Positions 36,343 to 45,587 of a stretch of DNA of 64,000 bases are shown here, in pieces. The stretch spans positions 11,285 through 75,284 of the forward strand of contig JAFXPH010000007.1 in assembly GCA_017528085.1 (NCBI GenBank), read 5' to 3'. The DNA comes from Clostridia bacterium. GTDB lineage: Bacteria > Bacillota > Clostridia > TANB77 > CAG-508. The notes beneath the pieces are model-generated. The model was not told the origin of the DNA. It ran no database searches and saw nothing but the letters and a program-made list of their open reading frames with translations. The translations under genes and the position numbers were made by a program. Positions within the stretch are counted from its first letter, which is position 1; each line of letters begins with the position of its first letter.

Positions 36343-39000
36343 ATGAGACTAAAAAAGAAAAAGATACTTGTTAGTATTTTAATAGTTATTTTATTATTAA
36401 GTACAATTTTTAGTGTTCGATCTATAGGTGCTACATTAGGAGAAGCCTTAACGGATATTCTTGGAACATTCGTAGGTATTCTAACATGGCCTGTAAGAAT
36501 CATTGCACTTGGAATTGCATACTTAATGGATAGAATTACAAGTTCAATTGCATATTTAGATGGAGGAACAAGTACACCTGGTAAGTTCTTTACACCATAT
36601 GAAATCTTATTTAATAAGATACGTATTACAGATATAGATTTCTTTAATTTTCAAGGACTTTCAGAAGATTGTGCAACATACAAAATTAGAGAAGCTGTAG
36701 CTCAATGGTACTATTTTACTAGAATGATAGCTATAGCAGCTTCATTAGTAGTATTAGCTTATGTTGGTGTTAGAATGTCTCTTTCTACAATGGCACAAGA
36801 TAAAGCTAAATACAAAAAAATGTTGGTAGATTGGGCATCAAGTGTTGCTTTAATATTCCTACTTCATTACATTATTATATTTATTTTAGCAGTAAATACA
36901 GCTTTGGTTAATGCAATAGGAGGAACTGCAGGTGCAAAAGGTGATGAAATATCTGATCAAATAGGTGGAATTGCAAATGCATCTTTAGGTATTTCTGTTT
37001 ATGCCATAGGCGCTACTATAGTATTTACATTATTAGTAAAACAAACATTAGGTTTGCTACTTGCTTATATCAATCGTATGATTAAGTTAGCTTTCCTATT
37101 AATAATTGCCCCATTAATTACAATTACTTATTCAATAGATAAGATGGGTGATAATAAAGCACAAGCATTAAATGCATGGTTAAAAGAGTTTGTATATACA
37201 ATTCTTTTACAACCATTTCACTGTATTATATACATGTCTTTAATAGATATAGCTTATAGTTTATTGGCAGAATCATCTGTTGAGGATGAAGGTTCTTTAG
37301 CTGCATGTATATTGGCATATTTATTCATAAAATTCTTAACAGAAGCAGAAAAATTAGTTAGAAAGATATTCGGATTTAAAGATACAGATACAGGTACTAC
37401 TTTAGGTAGTGGTATGGCTGCTGCCGGTGCTACATTAGCGCTTTCTAAAAACATAGGTAGTACAGTTGGTAAAGGTGTTAGATTTGCAAAAGGAGCTTTA
37501 CCAGGAGCTATGGCAGCTGCAGGTAAAGCAGCAGATAAAGCTTCAAATGCTCTTGGAGCAGCTGCAACTAATGTTAGAGCAGCTAGTAGAGCAATAGGAA
37601 AGAAAGACCTTGTCGATGAAAAATTAGGTATTAATTCTGGTGAAAAGGCTTCAGGTAATGTATTCAGTAGAATGAAACAACAAAAAGAAGCATTGAATGC
37701 AGCAAGACAAGCATATAAAAACGCTGATGCAACAGGCAAAGAAAGAATTAAGTATACAAGAAAAACAGCTAGAGAAGGTGAGAAGACAGATAAAGCTTAT
37801 AATGCAGGTAAGGTACTTACTGCAAAGCAAATGGCTGAAAATAGAAAGACTAGAGCTGCAGATATGAGAAGCGAAAAATTCCAAGAAACTGCACAAAAAG
37901 AAGCTGAAAAAACAGTTAAGCAAAAACAAGAGAGAAAAGAAAATAGTAGAGTTAGAAAAAGCTTTAGAAAAGCAAGAGGAGTTGTTCGAAAGGTTAATGG
38001 TGTTGCTTCTAAGATAGTAAACAACGAGTTGACAAGAACAGCATTAAAAGGTGGTGTAGCTACTTTTGTTGGTTCTTGGAGTTCTGATAAATCAATGGCT
38101 GCAGCTATAACAGCAGGTGTTGCTGGATGGAAAGTAACAGATGAAGCACTTAAATATACAGGTGGACAAGTTAAGAGTGATCTTAATGAGAAATATGCTG
38201 CTGCAGGAATTACAAGTGCAGAAAAAGCTATGGAGTTGTACGATGAAAATGATGAACACTCATATGCTGAACGAGTTAAAGATGGAAAGGCAGATTTAAG
38301 AGAACAAGGAAAAGCTGATAGAGAAGCAAATGAAAATAGCTTAAGTGAAAGTGAAGTTAATAGAGTTTTAGGAGAGATGTCTAGACAATTAGCTACTAAT
38401 GCTAGTGCATCATTACAATCAATATTAGATAAAGCATTAGGCGATAGCCAAAATAAAATGTCACAAGCTTTTGAACAAAAATTAAAAGAACTATATAATA
38501 ATCAAAAGAATGCTAATGCAGTATCATCTATGAGTAATGCATTCCAATTAGGATTCTCTGAAAGAATGGTATTTGGTACAGCTGATAGAGAGAGTACACA
38601 TATATCTTCTGCATTTACTCCTAAGGATCCAGATGCTGTTGATGATAAATACAAATTTGAATCTGGTGCTGAACCAGATTCAGCAGACACAGGAGGACCT
38701 GATATACCAAGCCCTGAAGAAATGCAAGAAGAAATTAATAATAGAGTAAACGATATGATGAGAGACATTAATGAACAACCTACACAAGTACAAGAAGTAG
38801 TTGAAAAAAGAATTACTGAAATCAAGAGATCATTTGATACTTCAAAACCAGATCATTCAATACAAGAATTAGATGCAATAATAAATAAATTAGCGGGAAA
38901 CAATAGCCCAGAGGCTGAGGCTATAAGACAAAAGGCTACAGCTGCTAAAGCAGATTTAGAAAAGCAAGTTAGGGAAAACTCAGGAGGAGAAAACAAATAA
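36343..39000 (+). CDS. VirB6/TrbL-like protein, paralog 3 (core plus ~500-aa tail)
   Basis: I preferred the ATG at 36343 (RBS aaagga) to the listed TTG at 36337. Motifs ILFNKIRITDIDFFNF, GVRMSLSTMAQDKAKYKKM and APLITITYSIDKMGDNKAQALNAWLKEF..LLQPFHCIIY. Confidence 0.6.
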   Translation: MRLKKKKILVSILIVILLLSTIFSVRSIGATLGEALTDILGTFVGILTWPVRIIALGIAYLMDRITSSIAYLDGGTSTPGKFFTPYEILFNKIRITDIDFFNFQGLSEDCATYKIREAVAQWYYFTRMIAIAASLVVLAYVGVRMSLSTMAQDKAKYKKMLVDWASSVALIFLLHYIIIFILAVNTALVNAIGGTAGAKGDEISDQIGGIANASLGISVYAIGATIVFTLLVKQTLGLLLAYINRMIKLAFLLIIAPLITITYSIDKMGDNKAQALNAWLKEFVYTILLQPFHCIIYMSLIDIAYSLLAESSVEDEGSLAACILAYLFIKFLTEAEKLVRKIFGFKDTDTGTTLGSGMAAAGATLALSKNIGSTVGKGVRFAKGALPGAMAAAGKAADKASNALGAAATNVRAASRAIGKKDLVDEKLGINSGEKASGNVFSRMKQQKEALNAARQAYKNADATGKERIKYTRKTAREGEKTDKAYNAGKVLTAKQMAENRKTRAADMRSEKFQETAQKEAEKTVKQKQERKENSRVRKSFRKARGVVRKVNGVASKIVNNELTRTALKGGVATFVGSWSSDKSMAAAITAGVAGWKVTDEALKYTGGQVKSDLNEKYAAAGITSAEKAMELYDENDEHSYAERVKDGKADLREQGKADREANENSLSESEVNRVLGEMSRQLATNASASLQSILDKALGDSQNKMSQAFEQKLKELYNNQKNANAVSSMSNAFQLGFSERMVFGTADRESTHISSAFTPKDPDAVDDKYKFESGAEPDSADTGGPDIPSPEEMQEEINNRVNDMMRDINEQPTQVQEVVEKRITEIKRSFDTSKPDHSIQELDAIINKLAGNNSPEAEAIRQKATAAKADLEKQVRENSGGENK

Positions 39001-39012
39001 AAAGCTTAAAGA

Positions 39013-41625
39013 ATGACTAGAAAGGGAAAAAGTATGCTAAAAGTTTCTAAAAAACTAATTGCAAGTTTATTTGTAATTATAGTAGTTTTTAATTTCATAG
39101 GATCAACATACCTTAACTATTCATATGCTGCTGCTGAAGATGTAGACTTAGAAGATGTTGTAACGGTTATAACTAACGTTATGGGAGGAATAGTATCAAT
39201 AGCTATGTGGCCTTTAAGACTTAAGGTTACAATGGTTGCTATTGTTATTAATGTTATAGAAGCTACTGTTGCTACTATGGATAATACCGGTGGAACAACG
39301 AAATTCTTTATTACTCCATATGATATTTTCTTTAATAAAATTCCACTATTAGACATTGATATTTTTGATACATCAGGAACGGGAGTTTTAAGTGAGATAA
39401 GAGGAAAAGTTGCCGAGTGGTACTATGCAATGAGATTAGTAAGTGTTGCAGCTTTAGTCGCTGTATTAGGTTACATTGGTATTCAAATGGCTATTTCTAC
39501 TATGGCAGATGATAAAGCAAAATATAAGAGAATGCTAGTAGACTGGGTAGCCAGTGTAGCAATATTATTCTTATTACACTATATTATGATTTTTATCATA
39601 ATGGTTAATAGTGCGCTGGTTAATGCAATAGACTCATTTGTTACAAGCTCAACAATGGCTGGTTATGATGACCAAACAATACAAGATGCTTTCTCAAGTA
39701 TGGCAATGAAAGCACTTGTAGGCATTGGTATGGATTCATTGACAGCAACAATAGTATTTGCGTTATTGGTGTTCCAAACAGCAGGATTTATAGTTTCATA
39801 CTTAAACCGTATGATTAAAGCTTGTTTCTTGGTAATAATTGCACCATTAATAACAATTACTTATTCAATAGATAAGATTAAAGATCAAAAATCACAAGCA
39901 TTGGATGGATGGCTTAAAGAGTATGCATACACAATACTTATTCAACCATTCCATTGTATAATATATGCTACTTTTATATCTATAACATATAAATTGATAG
40001 GAGATCCATCTGAGTTATTACCATTTGATGATATTAAAAAGATAGTAAGCCCAGATTACAACCAATTAGTAGCAGGTTTATTTGCAATATTTGCATGTAC
40101 ATTTATATATACTGCTGAGAAACTAGTTAGAAAAATATTTAACATTAGTGACGATGCAAGTAAAACATCTATGGCTGCCGGTGTTGCAGTTTCAGTTGCT
40201 GCGGTTGCAAATGCTAAAAAACTTGGAGCTAAAACAAAGGCTGGTTTAAATATGGCTTCTGAAGCAACTAAGAAATTTGGAGAACATGCAAAAGCTTTAG
40301 GACAAAAGGTAGATAATTTATCACAAAAAGATAACGCACTTGGCTCAGCTATAAGAGGAGCAAAAGGTGCAGCAGGAAAGGTATCAAATAGTAAGTTAGG
40401 ACAAGGTGTTAAAAAAGCTTCAGGTGCAGTAAAAAAAGGTGTTGGACGAGTTAAAGCATCAGATAAGTATAAGAAATTCGCATCTGGAATGGATAGATTA
40501 ACTGCAGGAGTTAATAATGTATTAAAAGCTCCTAAAAGTTTAAATGATAAATTGGCAGGTATAGCATCAAATGAAAAAAATTCAAAAACTAAAAGATTTT
40601 TTGCTAATATAGGATCAAGAGCTTTAGCAAAAGCAAGATCATCAGGTAGAACAGGAAATGTAGCTAAGTGGTTGACTACTTCAGCTATGTTAGCAGCAGG
40701 CAAAGGACCTTTAGAAGCATATGGTGCTGCTTCTGGAATAGGCGAAGGTGTAGACTCACTTATGTCATATACAACAGGTGAAATTTCAAAAGGTGCTGCT
40801 GACTTGAAAGGAGCTTTTGAAGGATTACCAGATAATGAAACTGTTTCAAATTTAAAGAGTACACTAAGTTCATTAGAAAGTTTAAAAGAAACAGCTGATA
40901 AAACAAGTGCTGAAGCTGCGAACTTACAAAATAATGCTGATAATATTCAAAAACAAATGGATAAAGTAGAGAGACAAATGAATACGGCTGGAAATCCAAC
41001 TCAAAGAGCAGATTTACAAAATCAGTATAGTAGTTTATCTAAAAAGAGAGATGGATATTTAGAAGAGTTAGATAAAAAGAAAAAAGATCTGCAAGCTGCT
41101 CAACAGAATTTGGCAAATGCATTAGGTAAAGATAAATATAATGAAGATGATTATAATAAAAAACATAAAGAACTAGAAGAAAATATTGTTCAAGAACAAG
41201 CAAGCCAATATGCTGATTACTTTGACCAAATACAAAGTGAAGGAAAAGCAGGAAGATTTGCTAATGGAGTAAGTCAGATAGAAAAATCAAGGGAAAGAAG
41301 AGTTCTTGAATTATCAGTAAAAAATGAGTTAAAAGAATTAGATGCTGATGATCAATCTAGAGATGTAATTAATCAAATTTATAGTATGGCATCTGCTGGA
41401 ATGAGTACAAGTGATATCACTTCAGCTATTCAAGGTCAAATTCAATCAATAGTAGCAGCAAGATCAGGAAAAGTAGATTTTTCTCGTTTGATATCAGCTG
41501 TTCAAGAATTAGGAAAATTCGAAGAGCAAGCAAACTTGTATAACTCAATAAGTTCTGCTAGTTCAGTTAACTTGTCAAATTATAGGCTTGCAGAAGCAGT
41601 AGCTAGAAGACAAATGGAATCATAA
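39013..41625 (+). CDS. VirB6/TrbL-like protein, paralog 4 (core plus ~500-aa tail)
   Basis: The alternative start at ATG 39034 is possible. Motifs IFFNKIPLLDIDIF, GIQMAISTMADDKAKYKRM and APLITITYSIDKIKDQKSQALDGWLKEY..LIQPFHCIIY. Confidence 0.6.
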   Translation: MTRKGKSMLKVSKKLIASLFVIIVVFNFIGSTYLNYSYAAAEDVDLEDVVTVITNVMGGIVSIAMWPLRLKVTMVAIVINVIEATVATMDNTGGTTKFFITPYDIFFNKIPLLDIDIFDTSGTGVLSEIRGKVAEWYYAMRLVSVAALVAVLGYIGIQMAISTMADDKAKYKRMLVDWVASVAILFLLHYIMIFIIMVNSALVNAIDSFVTSSTMAGYDDQTIQDAFSSMAMKALVGIGMDSLTATIVFALLVFQTAGFIVSYLNRMIKACFLVIIAPLITITYSIDKIKDQKSQALDGWLKEYAYTILIQPFHCIIYATFISITYKLIGDPSELLPFDDIKKIVSPDYNQLVAGLFAIFACTFIYTAEKLVRKIFNISDDASKTSMAAGVAVSVAAVANAKKLGAKTKAGLNMASEATKKFGEHAKALGQKVDNLSQKDNALGSAIRGAKGAAGKVSNSKLGQGVKKASGAVKKGVGRVKASDKYKKFASGMDRLTAGVNNVLKAPKSLNDKLAGIASNEKNSKTKRFFANIGSRALAKARSSGRTGNVAKWLTTSAMLAAGKGPLEAYGAASGIGEGVDSLMSYTTGEISKGAADLKGAFEGLPDNETVSNLKSTLSSLESLKETADKTSAEAANLQNNADNIQKQMDKVERQMNTAGNPTQRADLQNQYSSLSKKRDGYLEELDKKKKDLQAAQQNLANALGKDKYNEDDYNKKHKELEENIVQEQASQYADYFDQIQSEGKAGRFANGVSQIEKSRERRVLELSVKNELKELDADDQSRDVINQIYSMASAGMSTSDITSAIQGQIQSIVAARSGKVDFSRLISAVQELGKFEEQANLYNSISSASSVNLSNYRLAEAVARRQMES

Positions 41626-41671
41626 AACAGAAGAAAAATAATATTTAAATATAAATATAAGGAGAAATTGT

Positions 41672-42187
41672 ATGTCTAGGAACCAAAAATTAATATTGGT
41701 GGTTTCATTAGCAGTTATAGTTCTTGTATTTATTATCAATGGAGTAATTGATAATAGAAACAGAAGACAATTTGATACTGATGAAACTATGTCAGAAGAA
41801 GAGGCTGCTAATCTATTAGCCAAAAAAAATGAAGCTATTGAAGTAAATGTAGCAAAGGGAAAAAATGAAAGAGAAAGAATAGAATACTATGCTCAAAAAT
41901 TCTTTAAAAGTATAGCTACTAAAGATTATGAAGACGCTTATAATGTTTTAAATGGAGCATATAAAGAAAGATATTTCCCAACATTACAAAGCTTTATTGA
42001 CTATTGTGAAGTGTATTTCCCAGGAACTTTGGGAGTTAAATATACTAATATAGAAAGAAATGGAACAACATATGTAATATGGGTTACTATTTCTAATTCA
42101 ACAGGATATTCAAAATCAACAATTGAAAAACAAGTTGTAGTAAAAGAAAATGGTCTAAATGATTATGAAATATCATTTAGTAAATAG
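41672..42187 (+). CDS. Small membrane-anchored ectodomain protein (possible VirB8/TcpC-type NTF2-like module)
   Basis: RBS aaggag and one TM. The segment ERIEYYAQKFFKSIATKDYEDAYNVL resembles the opening helix of NTF2-like lipoprotein domains. The functional call is inference only. Confidence 0.35.
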   Translation: MSRNQKLILVVSLAVIVLVFIINGVIDNRNRRQFDTDETMSEEEAANLLAKKNEAIEVNVAKGKNERERIEYYAQKFFKSIATKDYEDAYNVLNGAYKERYFPTLQSFIDYCEVYFPGTLGVKYTNIERNGTTYVIWVTISNSTGYSKSTIEKQVVVKENGLNDYEISFSK

Positions 42188-42206
42188 AATTGGAAAGGAG
42201 TAACAT

Positions 42207-43172
42207 ATGAATTTTACCGATTTAAGATTAAAAATCCAAAGATTTTTTAGAAGAACTAGGTATATATTTCTAGTAGCAATTATTGGTTTAGCTATATTAG
42301 TAACTTTAAATACAATAGTAAAATATAGACCACAACAAGTGGTTCCGGAGACTAATTTAGATACAAGAGCATCAGTAATGGATCCTAATGTTAAAACACC
42401 GACTCAAGTATCATCTTCAATTGAAGAATTGATATCAATTTATATGGGATATTGTAATAAGAACGACTTTTCTTCAGCATTTGATATGCTATCAGAAAAG
42501 TGCCAACAATATATGTTTCACAATGATATAAACGAATATTTACAATATATGTACACTATTATGCCAACACCAAAAGAATATACAATTCAAAATTATTCAG
42601 ATTTAACAGTTAATGGTAAGACATACTATGTATATCAATTAAAATATTTTGATAACTTAATTGAAACAGGATTAACAAATACAACATATGCATATACAAC
42701 TGAAAAAATCACTTTTGTAAGAGAAGGTGAAGGAAGTTTACAAATGAATGTTGGAAACTTTGTAGATTTTGAAGATATAAAGAGACTTACAGAAGGTGAA
42801 TATTTAAAAATAGATGTTTTAACATCTTTAGTTCAATATAGTACAATTACTTATGAAGTTAAATTTACAAATAGAACTGACAATTATATAGTTATTTCTG
42901 ATAGTAATGAAGATGAAGAGATAACAATTACTTTAAATGAAGAAACAAGACATCCAGTTGAAAGACCAGATATTATATTAGAGCCACATGAATCAAAAAC
43001 TGTAAGTATACAATTTACAAAATTCTTTGATGACTCTGATCCTGTAACTGCTATTTCATTCCCAAATATTAGAGTAATGACTAAGTATTCAGGAAATGAA
43101 GCTGGTGAAGAAGTAATAAGAGAAGAGATAAATAATGCAGAAGCAAAATTAGGTATGTCAGTTGGATTATAA
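42207..43172 (+). CDS. Membrane-anchored ectodomain protein (possible VirB8/TcpC-type)
   Basis: RBS aaaggag and one TM. The opening helix IEELISIYMGYCNKNDFSSAFDML is similar to that of the previous gene; the rest is beta-rich. Confidence 0.35.
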   Translation: MNFTDLRLKIQRFFRRTRYIFLVAIIGLAILVTLNTIVKYRPQQVVPETNLDTRASVMDPNVKTPTQVSSSIEELISIYMGYCNKNDFSSAFDMLSEKCQQYMFHNDINEYLQYMYTIMPTPKEYTIQNYSDLTVNGKTYYVYQLKYFDNLIETGLTNTTYAYTTEKITFVREGEGSLQMNVGNFVDFEDIKRLTEGEYLKIDVLTSLVQYSTITYEVKFTNRTDNYIVISDSNEDEEITITLNEETRHPVERPDIILEPHESKTVSIQFTKFFDDSDPVTAISFPNIRVMTKYSGNEAGEEVIREEINNAEAKLGMSVGL

Positions 43173-43190
43173 TAATTAAAAAAATATAGA

Positions 43191-43230
43191 AAAGACTTGA
43201 ATTTCGAATTTAAGTCTTTTTTTGTTTTTT
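43191..43230 (+). terminator. Terminator ending the machinery operon
   Basis: aaagacttgaatt/aatttaagtcttt hairpin (one G:U pair) followed by a long T-run. Confidence 0.7.
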
Positions 43231-43294
43231 GATAGACTTTATATTAAAAATGATATAAAATATATTTGTAAAAATGGATGAAAGGAGTGAAATT

Positions 43295-44764
43295 ATGTTA
43301 AAAGATAGTTTTGATAAAAAAGTAAATGATAATAAATCACTCCCAGAAATTTTTGCAGATTTAAAGAAATCTCAGAAAGAGGTTTCTGAAGGTACAAAGG
43401 AAATACCAAAAGTACCTAACACAAGTAATATAAAGAAAAAACATTATAAGATAGAAGAGTATGTCAATAGGTTTAAGGATAGAGATTATAAGTTTATGAA
43501 AAAGATAAATATTCATAGATTTAAGTCTTTAGATCATGTTACATACATACTAAAAACTAATAAAAAAGTAAGAGTAATTAGTTCTTCTGTAATAGGTGCT
43601 ATCTTAATATTTGTTATGATGCTTTCTTATACAAATTATATATATGCCACAGATTTTTCTATTCAAGAAGATAAGAAGCAAGTAGTAGGAAGTTTTGAAG
43701 CAAACGAAAATACATTTGATATTGAAAGAATTATAGAAACAAATTCTAGTATTAAAAGAGAGAAGAAAATAGTTAAAGAAACATGGGATATCCAATATGA
43801 AACTCAAGTCGAACCAACACTAATGTATCCAGATGGAGAAGAAGTAATAATTCAAGAGGGAAGTTATGGAAAAGAGAATGTTACTTTAATTAAAACTTTT
43901 GAAAATGGTGAAGAACTTGATTATAAAATACTAGAAAGAGATAGAGTAGTATCTCCAGTAGATAAAGTCGTACAACGTGGTACAAATAAATTCTTAGCTA
44001 AGAATAATATTCATTTTGGAGATATAGTTTATTTAAGTGCTATAACAGATCTTAAAGATAAATGGACAGATTCATCAAATACTATAATGACAGTTGGTGC
44101 TTATACACAAATGCAACTTTTAGATGCAAATGAAGAATGGTGCAAAGTTAGCATTGAAGGTATAGAAGGATATATGAGAACTGATAATGTTGTTACTGAA
44201 TATTCTTCACCAGGAATTATAGAAAAGACAAGAGTAACTAAAATACTATCAGAAGTAAATTTTGAAATGCCACTGAATGAACCTAGTGGATTGACAGCAG
44301 GTGACTTTAGAAAGGTACTTTCTGGTAATATTAATGATAGAAATAAGATATTTGAAAATAATGCTGAAGCATTTTATATAGCTGAGCAATTATATCATGT
44401 AAATGGTTTATATTTAGCTGCGATAGGAATACATGAAAGCGCTTGGGGAACATCAAAGATTTCTTTAGATAAGAAAAACCTATTTGGCTATGGAGCAAGT
44501 GATGGTTCACCATATGACTCAGCATTCGACTTTGAATCATATCAAGAAGGTATAGAAACATTAGCTAAATCAATGGCTAAATACTATCTAAATGATGCAG
44601 GTGTTGATGTACAAGGAGAATTATCTACAGGAAAGTACTATAATGGTAATACTTTATCTGCAGTTAATATTAGGTATGCATCTGATCCTGAATGGGCTAA
44701 TAAAGTATACAGCAAGATGTCAAGTTTGTACTCAAGATTAAAATTAGGAGTGTTTGATGATTAA
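43295..44764 (+). CDS. Cell-wall hydrolase with TM anchor, G5 domain, SH3-like domain and N-acetylglucosaminidase domain
   Basis: I chose the ATG at 43295 (RBS aaaggagtg). It has one TM, a G5-like segment ending VVQRGTNK, an SH3b-like segment (EEWCKVSIEGIEGYMRTDNV) and a glucosaminidase core (LYLAAIGIHESAWGTSKISLDKKNLFGYGA). Confidence 0.8.
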   Translation: MLKDSFDKKVNDNKSLPEIFADLKKSQKEVSEGTKEIPKVPNTSNIKKKHYKIEEYVNRFKDRDYKFMKKINIHRFKSLDHVTYILKTNKKVRVISSSVIGAILIFVMMLSYTNYIYATDFSIQEDKKQVVGSFEANENTFDIERIIETNSSIKREKKIVKETWDIQYETQVEPTLMYPDGEEVIIQEGSYGKENVTLIKTFENGEELDYKILERDRVVSPVDKVVQRGTNKFLAKNNIHFGDIVYLSAITDLKDKWTDSSNTIMTVGAYTQMQLLDANEEWCKVSIEGIEGYMRTDNVVTEYSSPGIIEKTRVTKILSEVNFEMPLNEPSGLTAGDFRKVLSGNINDRNKIFENNAEAFYIAEQLYHVNGLYLAAIGIHESAWGTSKISLDKKNLFGYGASDGSPYDSAFDFESYQEGIETLAKSMAKYYLNDAGVDVQGELSTGKYYNGNTLSAVNIRYASDPEWANKVYSKMSSLYSRLKLGVFDD

Positions 44765-45584
44765 AAATAAGAAACGCTTAATATTAATATTGTTAGTTGT
44801 ATTAGTTGTAACTTTTATAGTAATTTATTTTTCGTTTATGAAAGTAAGAAGAAGTAATAATATTTTCGCAATAGAATCTGAAAAAATCTATGAAGAAAAT
44901 AAAGATAATTTATTCTCATTAGATGAAATAATACTATTTTCTAATGCAGAATTTGAAGATTTATCTCCAGAACAAAATTTGCAAGATATATCAATTCATC
45001 AATATAACGATATTGCAATAAAAATAAAAGCAAATAATGAAAATGGAATAAATGAATCTAATACTATAAACGAATTATATATTGACAATATTAAAATTGA
45101 ATCTAATAAAGAAGGTATTGGAGAAAAGAAATTTAACTATAAAAGATATTTGGATTTTGCAAAGTATAGAGATATAGAAAACAATCAAGATAGAATTGAT
45201 TTTAAAATTCTTCATTCAAATGAAGAGCAAGTAGAAGATGAATATGATAATCCAACATTCTTTACAGATTGTAGTAATCCAATTACTTTAAGTTTAATAT
45301 ATAAAAATGTATTAGAACATTGTACAGCAACTAACGCTGGAAGCTTAGCATATGATGGATCTATTTTAAAAAATGCTAATGTAAATGTAGAAAATTTAGA
45401 AGCAAAAGTATCTTTTGATATACATTTAAAGAATAATTTAAATGAAGAGTTTATTTGTAAGGTGTCATTTTATATCAATTTAGATGGATATGGAAATTCG
45501 CTTTATAATGGTAAAGTAAATACTAAAATAGATGCTTCAGGATACAAATTTTTAAAAATAACAAATAACATGAAATGGGAATAA
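44754..45584 (+). CDS. Hypothetical single-TM protein
   Basis: Overlaps the hydrolase stop (start at TTG 44754 or ATG 44757). It has an N-terminal TM and no recognised motif. Confidence 0.5.
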   Translation: MMIKNKKRLILILLVVLVVTFIVIYFSFMKVRRSNNIFAIESEKIYEENKDNLFSLDEIILFSNAEFEDLSPEQNLQDISIHQYNDIAIKIKANNENGINESNTINELYIDNIKIESNKEGIGEKKFNYKRYLDFAKYRDIENNQDRIDFKILHSNEEQVEDEYDNPTFFTDCSNPITLSLIYKNVLEHCTATNAGSLAYDGSILKNANVNVENLEAKVSFDIHLKNNLNEEFICKVSFYINLDGYGNSLYNGKVNTKIDASGYKFLKITNNMKWE

Positions 45585-45587
45585 TAA

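Noticed and set aside
37254-40703. Minus-strand ORFs in the tails of the VirB6-like genes (37254..37739, 37651..38024, 38502..38825, 40056..40703, 40760..40999)
   Set aside because: They are antisense artefacts of A/G/K-rich low-complexity coding (GCN/AAR codons read backwards give open frames). They interrupt an otherwise continuous, motif-bearing + strand ORF.
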